Of a stretch of 42,216 nt of DNA, positions 26,081 through 32,360 are shown one piece after another. The notes beneath the pieces were generated by a model. It was not told the origin of the DNA. It was given only the letters and a program-made list of their open reading frames with translations, and did no database searches. The first letter of the stretch is position 1; the number at the start of each line of letters is the position of its first letter. The DNA is taken from IMG/VR virus record IMGVR_UViG_3300027858_000002; one strand, written 5' to 3'. The stretch comes from a virus. The position numbers and the translations under genes were made by a program.

Positions 26081-26169
26081 TTACTACACACCTTTCGTAT
26101 TAGCGATTTCACGTTCAGCCAAAAGGCTTGTTCTTCTGTGGACATGGGTTTGTTTGATGTGGATTTCAT
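26077..26169 (-). CDS. Possible 30-aa micro-ORF
   Basis: MKSTSNKPMSTEEQAFWLNVKSLIRKVCSK, with an ATGA overlap to the next micro-ORF. The SD is weak or distant. Confidence 0.3.
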   Translation of the reverse strand: MKSTSNKPMSTEEQAFWLNVKSLIRKVCSK

Positions 26170-26196
26170 ATTTAAAATCAACTCCTATTCTCATAA

Positions 26197-26415
26197 TCAA
26201 TTTTTAATAGACTCTTCAGCGAAAAAAATATAATCCAGTGGCTTGTCAAAATGTTTCTGAATAATAATTACTTCTTTAAGATTGAATTTTGTTTTACCCA
26301 ATTCCTTATTACCATAAGTTTGATACTCTTTCACGCCTATTAATTGAGCCATATCCAATTGTGTCATGTTGTTTTCTTTCCTTAGTTTGATTAAGTTCCA
26401 ATACATATTTTTCAA
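26197..26415 (-). CDS. Cro-like XRE-family HTH regulator, first gene of the early lytic operon
   Basis: 72 aa with LRKENNMTQLDMAQLIGV. It is divergent from the CI-like gene. AAAGGAG SD. Confidence 0.88.
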   Translation of the reverse strand: MKNMYWNLIKLRKENNMTQLDMAQLIGVKEYQTYGNKELGKTKFNLKEVIIIQKHFDKPLDYIFFAEESIKN

Positions 26416-26437
26416 CTCCTTTCGTTTCTATAACCTA

Positions 26438-26493
26438 ACCATAATCTATTTTAAATTGATTGTCAATCATTTAATTGATTTTCAATGTATAAT
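26438..26493. promoter_or_regulatory. Genetic switch: divergent promoters and two palindromic operators ATTGA-N3-TCAAT
   Basis: O1 is ATTGATTGTCAAT (26455-26467) and O2 is ATTGATTTTCAAT (26474-26486). The lytic promoter on the minus strand is TTGACA (26461-26466), 17 nt, TATGGT (26438-26443). A plus-strand TATAAT at 26488-26493 faces the repressor gene. Confidence 0.65.
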
Positions 26494-26543
26494 ATTTATA
26501 TTTCAGTCATATACTAAGTCGTGTTAAACTATTTTGGGGAGGA

Positions 26544-26948
26544 ATGAGACTAATGACAATCACCAACAAGAACGAATTTATAGGGAATAAAATTAAGGAA
26601 TATCGGAATAAGAAGAAGTGGGTTCAACAAGACTTGGCTGATCGTGTAGGTATGAAGAAGGCTGCAATATCAACATATGAAAAGGGAAGAGTGGAAGCGC
26701 CGATTTCCAAGCTTCAAGCCATCGCAGATGTGTTAGAAGTAAAATTGATCGACCTACTCCCACCGCATGAGTCAGTCGACCAAGATTCTATTGATGAACA
26801 TATTCGTGAAGCTAAAGCAAAATTGAGCAGTTCTGAATTAGCTTTCTTGGAGTTACTGATAGCCGAAACGACTTCACTCGATATTGAAAAAAGGGAAGTT
26901 TTCTTGAAAAATTTGAGGTTCGCTCTTGAATTTACTAATAAGGAGTAG
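26544..26948 (+). CDS. CI-like XRE-family repressor. This is the only convincing plus-strand gene.
   Basis: 134 aa with N-terminal HTH KKKWVQQDLADRVGMKKAAISTYEKG and a C-terminal helical domain. ATG 26553 (10 nt after GGGGAGG) may be the true start. Confidence 0.9.
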   Translation: MRLMTITNKNEFIGNKIKEYRNKKKWVQQDLADRVGMKKAAISTYEKGRVEAPISKLQAIADVLEVKLIDLLPPHESVDQDSIDEHIREAKAKLSSSELAFLELLIAETTSLDIEKREVFLKNLRFALEFTNKE

Positions 26949-26960
26949 CTGGATTGATCG

Positions 26961-26991
26961 CGGCAGTTGAACATAACTGCTGTTTTTTTTT
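26961..26991 (+). terminator. Intrinsic terminator of the repressor gene
   Basis: CGGCAGTT-GAACAT-AACTGCTG followed by a T9 run. Confidence 0.75.
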
Positions 26992-27284
26992 GCAGTCACA
27001 AAGGATAAAAGTAAGTCAAATGTTTCTAATTCGTTCACGTGGTTATCCTCCTTGTATTCTGATTTGTTTCTAATCACAATATTACATGAGAACATATGTT
27101 TTTAAATATAGTCCATATTCCCTTATCGTGCGATAAGATTCGACAGTATATGACATAGGGTTCAGTGTATATGTACTATCAAGTTACTTTAGTATTATTT
27201 TTCTTGGTAATTGTTGACAATGGTTTATCAATTATCTTGTATTCATGCTAACTTTGCATATGTCTTTACATGTCAACTATACCC

Positions 27285-27494
27285 TCATAAATCCTTCTTA
27301 TTATAAGTTATCACTGGTGAAGCTTTACCGTCCGATTCCCTCCAACCTCTCCAGGTGCGTTCCACGTTTCTTTTCTTCGCTTTATTCTTCAAACTGTTAT
27401 GACTACCCTTTTTCCCCTTCTTACTATCTATGATCTTCGCGTCATATTGTTTTAATCTTTTTTCTAATGCGTTATCCCTCTTCTTTTTAGTCAC
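27285..27494 (-). CDS. Very basic small protein (69 aa, 23 K/R)
   Basis: GTG start 7 nt after AGGAGG. Sequence starts MTKKKRDNALEKRLKQYDAK.... No recognisable family. Confidence 0.6.
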   Translation of the reverse strand: MTKKKRDNALEKRLKQYDAKIIDSKKGKKGSHNSLKNKAKKRNVERTWRGWRESDGKASPVITYNKKDL

Positions 27495-28050
27495 CCTAAA
27501 TCCTCCTATATACCCATTATTTAATGTTTGCTTTTTATGTTTTACGCTCTCATACTAGCAGATTGGAAGCGAGTTGGACGGCTTGGCGAACAGACTTATC
27601 CCTGTGAAATTATGAGATTAAGCCTGTCCACAATAACTAGCGTCATGTCGCTGAGCGTTACGTATTGTTTGAACGTTGCATAAGACTGTTAGAATTAACT
27701 CCTAACCTATAACTTATAGACGTGATCGTCTTACGGTGCGCGTCCATGCCCAACACCGTTCCTTTTCAGGTAATTCGTTATATAATCCTTTACCCTCGTA
27801 AAAAGAGTAACCATGATTGACTAGCTATGAAAATACTAGTCTGACCCCCCGTACGCTCTTTGCCGTCGATGTCTTGGTTATCATCATCAATAGGGTAATA
27901 CCCGTTAGGCTTTCTTTATGCAAGGCTTGCGTCCTTTACCTCGCTTACGTCAGACGATTGTTTGCAACAGCAACCGTTATCCGAATGTATTTTTTGCATT
28001 GGCTACACCACACCTTATTTTTTATAGTGGTTAGCTCCCACTTTTGAACG
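27495..28050. ncRNA. ORF-free, GC-enriched island: candidate large structured RNA or long leader. Strand unresolved.
   Basis: Stops occur about every 35 codons or fewer in the three minus-strand frames; the plus strand was only scanned for ATG-initiated ORFs, none with an SD. Two hand-counted 60-nt blocks are 50% GC in an AT-rich genome. Many local helices are present, for example GGACGGCTT/AAGCCTGTCC and GACTAG-N11-CTAGTC. A possible minus promoter TTCAAA-16-TATAAA lies at 28020-28047. Confidence 0.3.
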
Positions 28051-28053
28051 CAA

Positions 28054-28106
28054 AAAAGGCATTATTCCCATAGACCCACAGTTGCTAGGTTAGGAAATAA
28101 CGCCTT
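28054..28106 (-). terminator. Candidate intrinsic terminator (long imperfect stem) for the 28295..28759 transcript
   Basis: Minus RNA AAAGGCGUUAUUUCC, 24-nt loop, GGAAUAAUGCCUUU, then UUUGCG. The loop is large, so this call is uncertain. Confidence 0.4.
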
Positions 28107-28118
28107 TAAAAATTACCA

Positions 28119-28147
28119 GTTGAAATGTTTAAAACAACAGTATATAA
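28119..28147 (+). promoter_or_regulatory. Near-consensus sigmaA promoter TTGAAA-17-TATAAT on the plus strand
   Basis: -35 at 28119-28124 and -10 at 28142-28147, with an exact 17-nt spacer. Confidence 0.5.
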
Positions 28148-28152
28148 TTAGG

Positions 28153-28227
28153 GTTATCAATTAACCAGTGTTCGTCGCACTGTTAATCACGGGTCATTCA
28201 GTTGGTAGCTGAATGGCTCTTTTATTT
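28153..28227 (+). ncRNA. Candidate small RNA of about 75 nt, convergent and antisense to the 3' UTR of 28295..28759
   Basis: Bounded by the promoter above and a plus-strand-specific terminator: GUCAUUCAG-UUGGUAG-CUGAAUGGC plus UCUUUUAUUUU (28192-28227). It has an internal hairpin CAGTG-N7-CACTG and no ORF. Confidence 0.45.
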
Positions 28228-28294
28228 TGTCCGAGTTATTGAATTACTCTTATTCTATCTATTAATCTATAAAATGACAACATAAATCGACAAA

Positions 28295-28759
28295 CTACTC
28301 ATACTTCTTAATTATATCCTCAATAGCCAACTCCAGCACATTCGATTTTTGAACCCTTTTAACCCTGCAAAACTCATCAAGCTTATCGCCCGCACTTTGT
28401 GAAATGACAATTGTTTTTCTTACCTTATCATGTTTTGGTAAATCTTTAATTCTGTTTAATAAATCAACCTCTGCTGGATCACTCTTATGTATCAATGCTT
28501 TAATTGCTACAACTTCTTCCAATGTGAACTCGTATGAACTTGATTCGCTTTTTTGTGTGAAGTCATGTGAATTCGCATCATGAGAAGTTGTGTGAATTTC
28601 TTTGTTCCATGTTCTATCCACTGAGTTATATTTATAACCATTACCCTTCATTAGATTAGTCATTGTTGTACTGCTCATATTAGAATCAAAGTGTTTTAAA
28701 CCCCTTGCAACGCTGTATTTCTCTTTGTTTAAATGTTGTACGAATAAATCTACATCCAT
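28295..28759 (-). CDS. Protein with a C-terminal ribbon-helix-helix-like DNA-binding tail
   Basis: 154 aa with an AGGAGGG SD. The C-terminus KVRKTIVISQSAGDKLDEFCRVKRVQKSNVLELAIEDIIKKY looks RHH-like. The central Ser/His/Asp-rich segment is encoded by the iterons. Confidence 0.8.
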   Translation of the reverse strand: MDVDLFVQHLNKEKYSVARGLKHFDSNMSSTTMTNLMKGNGYKYNSVDRTWNKEIHTTSHDANSHDFTQKSESSSYEFTLEEVVAIKALIHKSDPAEVDLLNRIKDLPKHDKVRKTIVISQSAGDKLDEFCRVKRVQKSNVLELAIEDIIKKYE

Positions 28760-28823
28760 AGCGTAAAAGCCCTCCTGTGAAGTCGTGTGTGGTCATGTGA
28801 ATTATTATTATACTTTATGTGAA
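28523..28823. repeat. Seven same-orientation TGTGAA iterons in and upstream of gene 28295..28759
   Basis: TGTGAA starts at 28523, 28556, 28566, 28591, 28776, 28796 and 28818. TGTGAAGTC occurs twice and TCATGTGAATT occurs twice. Confidence 0.6.
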
Positions 28824-28825
28824 CA

Positions 28826-28860
28826 AAATAAAAAAGGATCTCTCAATTGAGAAGTCCTTT
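28826..28860 (-). terminator. Intrinsic terminator closing the FtsK-to-YopX operon
   Basis: Minus RNA AAAGGACUUCUC-AAUU-GAGAGAUCCUUU (one mismatch) followed by UUUAUUUUG. Confidence 0.6.
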
Positions 28861-28867
28861 TGTTTAT

Positions 28868-29044
28868 CTATTGTCCATCTTCCTTCGCCCAACGTTTGTA
28901 ATGCTCCAATCTTTCTGTTTCACTAACTATTCCTTTAATAATCATGTTCTCGATTGAAAAGGGTGTTTCTTTATTGTCTAATAACCATTCCTTGGCTTCT
29001 GATATTTCTCTCTCCGAATTTTCAACGTACTTTTTCCAATCCAT
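28868..29044 (-). CDS. Hypothetical micro-protein (58 aa), below the ORF-track cutoff
   Basis: ATG at 29044 lies 7 nt after AGGAGG. Sequence starts MDWKKYVENSEREISEAKEWLLDNKETPFS.... Confidence 0.5.
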   Translation of the reverse strand: MDWKKYVENSEREISEAKEWLLDNKETPFSIENMIIKGIVSETERLEHYKRWAKEDGQ

Positions 29045-29202
29045 CACATTTCCTCCTTTTTCGTATTCTCCAACATATCCGTATGAACCAGCCGTTTAAT
29101 ATATCCACTCTTTTTTCGTTTACCTTTACTCATTAGGTATTCAAATATTTTACGTTCATAATCATCTTCTAAATCAATGGATACGGTTATTGATGTTTTC
29201 AT
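29044..29202 (-). CDS. Small RHH-like protein (52 aa), below the ORF-track cutoff
   Basis: ATGA overlap with the YopX stop. Sequence starts MKTSITVSIDLEDDYERKIFEYLMSKGKRKKSGYIKRLVHTDM.... Confidence 0.55.
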   Translation of the reverse strand: MKTSITVSIDLEDDYERKIFEYLMSKGKRKKSGYIKRLVHTDMLENTKKEEM

Positions 29203-29597
29203 TTGTTAAGCTCCTTTAATAACTTATGGTTTTCGTAAATATTCCCGACCACTTCACACATTCTCCAAAGTGAATGATTAGTTTTATAAATTTCGAATTC
29301 TCCAGGCATTTTAACCAATGCGAATCGACATTCATTTTCTAACCATTTTACAGAGCACAAGCCACCGTTTTTGTGTTTGACTATGTCACCTTCATAAATA
29401 TTCACTTCATTTTTATCATTCAACCCTGTATATCGCATGAGAATGTATCTGTCCTCAAAAAAACCATAGAATGATGACATCCATCCATATTTATCGGATG
29501 TTTCTATATCAATGCAATATCCGTCATACATTGTCTGTATTTCTTTTGCCATAAAATCTTCTTCGATGTCCCACGCTCTGAATTTAATTTCTCTCAC
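29199..29597 (-). CDS. YopX-family protein
   Basis: REIKFRAWD...RYTGLNDKNEVNIYEGDIV...EVVGNIYENHKLL matches the YopX signature. The likely start is GTG 29597; GTG 29609 overlaps its own SD. Confidence 0.88.
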   Translation of the reverse strand: MREIKFRAWDIEEDFMAKEIQTMYDGYCIDIETSDKYGWMSSFYGFFEDRYILMRYTGLNDKNEVNIYEGDIVKHKNGGLCSVKWLENECRFALVKMPGEFEIYKTNHSLWRMCEVVGNIYENHKLLKELNK

Positions 29598-29614
29598 TGT
29601 TAGGTACACTCCTT

Positions 29615-29672
29615 TATTGTTGTAGTAATATTACTATACTAACACACACTTTAATTTATTACTACAACAATA
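29615..29672. repeat. Perfect 16-bp inverted repeat TATTGTTGTAGTAATA / TATTACTACAACAATA with a 26-nt spacer
   Basis: Arms at 29615-29630 and 29657-29672, read directly from the sequence. It lies in the gap between the membrane-protein gene and the YopX gene and abuts the YopX SD. Confidence 0.9.
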
Positions 29673-29686
29673 AATAAATGTTTATA

Positions 29687-30214
29687 TTAAGTAACCGAAT
29701 CCCCAACGTTTCTCAATATGTCCAGGAACATAGGTGAAAGTCTAATGACGATGTAGCCCAAACTAGCGTTAAATATTGTACTCCAAGCCTTTTCCGAATT
29801 GCCTAGCATAAAGAAGAAACAACCACCAATCATGATTACGCTTGCTATCGGAAAACTAATGGCAACCATTAAATTAACTAATGGATCTAAAACATTAGCA
29901 AGCATTGTCAATGAAGTATCTGCAACGACTCCTGTATTTTGTGCGATCACTGGCGACATTTGCTCGATGGTTTGTGACACAGGCATTGAAGGTATTTGTA
30001 CAGGTGGTGGAATTGTGGCAACTATAGAAGGGGATGATACTGGAATGGTTGTAGCTGTGTAGGCTTCTTTTGAAAAGCGATTGATAATCATTGGAGTTGC
30101 AGCAACAGCCAAAGGAATTAATGTGGCAGCAACAACTGTCCGTTTAGTCGCATAGATTTTTTCGCCCACATCATTAGTTTCAATAACCTCGATTTTATTT
30201 TTTCTATTAAACAA
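29687..30214 (-). CDS. Polytopic membrane protein with a Pro/Ser/Thr-rich linker
   Basis: 175 aa with a TTG start 7 nt after GAGGAGG. Hydrophobic segments: VVAATLIPLAVAATPMII, LVNLMVAISFPIASVIMIGGCFFFML, LGYIVIRLSPMF. Confidence 0.8.
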   Translation of the reverse strand: MFNRKNKIEVIETNDVGEKIYATKRTVVAATLIPLAVAATPMIINRFSKEAYTATTIPVSSPSIVATIPPPVQIPSMPVSQTIEQMSPVIAQNTGVVADTSLTMLANVLDPLVNLMVAISFPIASVIMIGGCFFFMLGNSEKAWSTIFNASLGYIVIRLSPMFLDILRNVGDSVT

Positions 30215-30228
30215 TGTGAATCCTCCTC

Positions 30229-30831
30229 TTATTTAATGTCGTTAATCGTATAAACCTTCGCGCCATGTAATGACTTACACGCATCTTGTAACTGCTTACG
30301 TCTTAATTCGGTTGTAGTGAGCCATATGACAGAAGGGAAATGCCCTAAAGATTCAGCAATTGCCCCGTTATTGTATAACTCTATATACTTAGCAATTTTA
30401 ACCTTGTTTTCTCTCATGGGTTGTATGTTATCGACTTCTAAAAAATGCTGCTGATTATTCTTTTTATACATTGCATCCACAATTATCACAGTCTTACCAT
30501 CGCTTACTTTCACTTCGTTCTTCCATTCAAACGGAAAGCCATTATATATCCAAAAATCATTTCTCATGATTGTGTGGGCGACATGACCACCTTTTTTTCG
30601 TATCTTGTCACATTCCACATAAGCTTTACCTTCACGACTTAGATAGTAAATTGTTTGATGACCTTCTCTTATGCTTTGTAGGTAATCAGATAAGCCCAAG
30701 AGTACACGATTTGTGTTTCTAACTGCACCTAGTCGGCAATATTGACTGATTTGATCGCGTGTCATAAAGTCAAACTTCTTCAAAGCTAACAATATCATTT
30801 CGTCTCGTGGAGTTAATGATTTCTTTTTCAA
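30229..30831 (-). CDS. Replication-relaxation (Replic_Relax)-like winged-helix protein
   Basis: 200 aa with a TTG start 9 nt after AAGGAGG. The N-terminal LTPRDEMILLALKKFDFMTRDQISQY pattern matches the family as recalled. It overlaps the FtsK-like gene by 62 nt. Confidence 0.8.
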   Translation of the reverse strand: MKKKSLTPRDEMILLALKKFDFMTRDQISQYCRLGAVRNTNRVLLGLSDYLQSIREGHQTIYYLSREGKAYVECDKIRKKGGHVAHTIMRNDFWIYNGFPFEWKNEVKVSDGKTVIIVDAMYKKNNQQHFLEVDNIQPMRENKVKIAKYIELYNNGAIAESLGHFPSVIWLTTTELRRKQLQDACKSLHGAKVYTINDIK

Positions 30832-32071
30832 TCGATTTTACCTCCTTCTTCACAATGTGTGGAAGAATAGCCTTATCAATATCGTCAGATGTAATTAAAG
30901 GAGTTTGTAACGTTCTCCGTCCGTAGCCTGTTTGATAAATGGCTCTACCTACAATATCAGGAAGCTTTTCAGCACCGCCATCATCAAGAGCAACCCGTGA
31001 AGCAACCTCTGATTGAACACGGAATGAAAGCTTTCCGTCAGCGTTCGCTTTACATTGTCTTGGAATGGTATCGCCCACAGGGTACTGAGTAGCTAAGATT
31101 AAACGAAAACCCAATCCAGCACCAAGCCTTGAAATTTGGCTCATATATATCTGACATTGAAGTTTTATTTCTTTATCTTCTTTCCCTACACCTTCTTTTG
31201 GATTCAATTCCCCAACTTCATCCACAATCACAAAGTGACGCGTTTTGATACCTGCATCTTGAACCTTTTTCTTACCCATGCGTTTTAAGGTTATTTGCAT
31301 CTCCCTCATAGCATCACAAGCATTTTTTAACGTTTCTAGTGCTTGCTCAGGTTCGTAGGCAATAGAGGCTGTCTGTTTAAGGTTCTCATAGTCACCTAGC
31401 TCGATACCGCCTTTTAAATCGACCAGGTGAAATTTTACATCATTGGGTTTTTGCGATAGTAAACTAGTAATAATTGAGTTAATTAAATTACTCTTGCCGT
31501 ACCTCGATGTGCCACCGATAACTAAATGCGGTATTTTCTCAAAATCATGTGTAACGATCTCATTGTTTTCGCGTACTTGGCCGACGTGAAATTTCCAACC
31601 TTCAGATACTTTAAAATCAACTTGCTTGGGGAGTGGCTCATTGTAAACTCGCAAAATTAACAGACCATCGAATGACATTTCTAACTCTTTGCTTTCTGTC
31701 AATTTATTGTTCCACATGCTTTTTACGTTATCGATTATGTTTTCATCGAGCTGCAGACTTTTTAAATCATCTATGGTTATTTTCTTTCTTCTGTTGTTCA
31801 ATCCATCTTCGAGGGTTTCTTGTTTATTAAGGTAATCTTTGAAACTTCGACCTAAAGGGATACGATATTTATATTCCCATCCCCAGGAGTATTCTTTTTT
31901 CTTAATCAATTGAGTGGTGAGTGTGTCCTTTCCATCTTTCACATTTAATCCACTTAATGAAAATATCCGTTGAATCTTGCCCGAATCATTGTTAGATAAT
32001 CCATTCTTTTTTACGAACGCTTTGAAAGCAATTCCTCCCATAATTCCAGTGGTGAAGATTTCAAAAATCAT
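30770..32071 (-). CDS. FtsK/SpoIIIE-family DNA translocase-like ATPase with an N-terminal membrane anchor
   Basis: 433 aa with Walker A GGTSRYGKS, Walker B HFVIVDE, and RLGAGLGFRLILATQYP. The N-terminal segment MIFEIFTTGIMGGIAFKAFV is hydrophobic. Confidence 0.93.
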   Translation of the reverse strand: MIFEIFTTGIMGGIAFKAFVKKNGLSNNDSGKIQRIFSLSGLNVKDGKDTLTTQLIKKKEYSWGWEYKYRIPLGRSFKDYLNKQETLEDGLNNRRKKITIDDLKSLQLDENIIDNVKSMWNNKLTESKELEMSFDGLLILRVYNEPLPKQVDFKVSEGWKFHVGQVRENNEIVTHDFEKIPHLVIGGTSRYGKSNLINSIITSLLSQKPNDVKFHLVDLKGGIELGDYENLKQTASIAYEPEQALETLKNACDAMREMQITLKRMGKKKVQDAGIKTRHFVIVDEVGELNPKEGVGKEDKEIKLQCQIYMSQISRLGAGLGFRLILATQYPVGDTIPRQCKANADGKLSFRVQSEVASRVALDDGGAEKLPDIVGRAIYQTGYGRRTLQTPLITSDDIDKAILPHIVKKEVKSIEKEIINSTRRNDIVSFEEV

Positions 32072-32075
32072 TTTT

Positions 32076-32186
32076 TCATCCTTTCATTTTTTTATTTATT
32101 TTTACGGAAAATTTGTTGTTTGAAATTCTAAGTTTCAAGACTTCATTCACCTTGACCTCAACGCCACAGGGGTTATATATATTCAT
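32076..32186 (-). CDS. Possible 36-aa leader ORF upstream of the FtsK-like gene
   Basis: ATG at 32186 lies 5 nt after GAAAGGAG. Sequence: MNIYNPCGVEVKVNEVLKLRISNNKFSVKINKKMKG. Confidence 0.3.
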   Translation of the reverse strand: MNIYNPCGVEVKVNEVLKLRISNNKFSVKINKKMKG

Positions 32187-32360
32187 ATATACTCCTTTCA
32201 AATAAGCATTGATAAATGAGTCAAGATCGTTGATGTTAACCGATTTTGTGTATTCCTACTTTTAAGGTGAAGTGGTATTGATAATAGAATATGTTTAGGT
32301 AGTTTGTCCTGATACCATTTTGGGCAAATTTCTTTTATTCGTGGACAAGTATATGGCAAA

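Noticed and set aside
26874-27095. Minus-strand ORF convergent with the repressor gene. An internal GTG at 27038 lies 8 nt after AAGGAGG and would give a 54-aa product.
   Set aside because: The SD is good, so this is not firmly excluded. However, the ORF reads antisense through the repressor terminator hairpin and the last 75 nt of the repressor gene, it has no recognisable features, and no clear promoter was found. It is left unannotated pending expression data.
27817-28047. 76-aa plus-strand ORF inside the GC-rich island
   Set aside because: It uses a non-ATG start, has no SD, and encodes an implausible Leu/Val/Phe-rich sequence. It runs through several predicted helices. It is treated as noncoding.
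27495-28050. Group I or group II intron, retron msr/msd, or decayed integrase as explanations for the ORF-free island
   Set aside because: No split host ORF flanks it. No domain-V-like 34-nt hairpin or GUGYG 5' end was found. The GACUAG/CUAGUC pair resembles intron P7 strands but is only 11 nt apart. No reverse transcriptase is present anywhere in the window. The minus-strand translations show no recombinase motifs. None of this can be fully excluded without covariance-model and homology searches.
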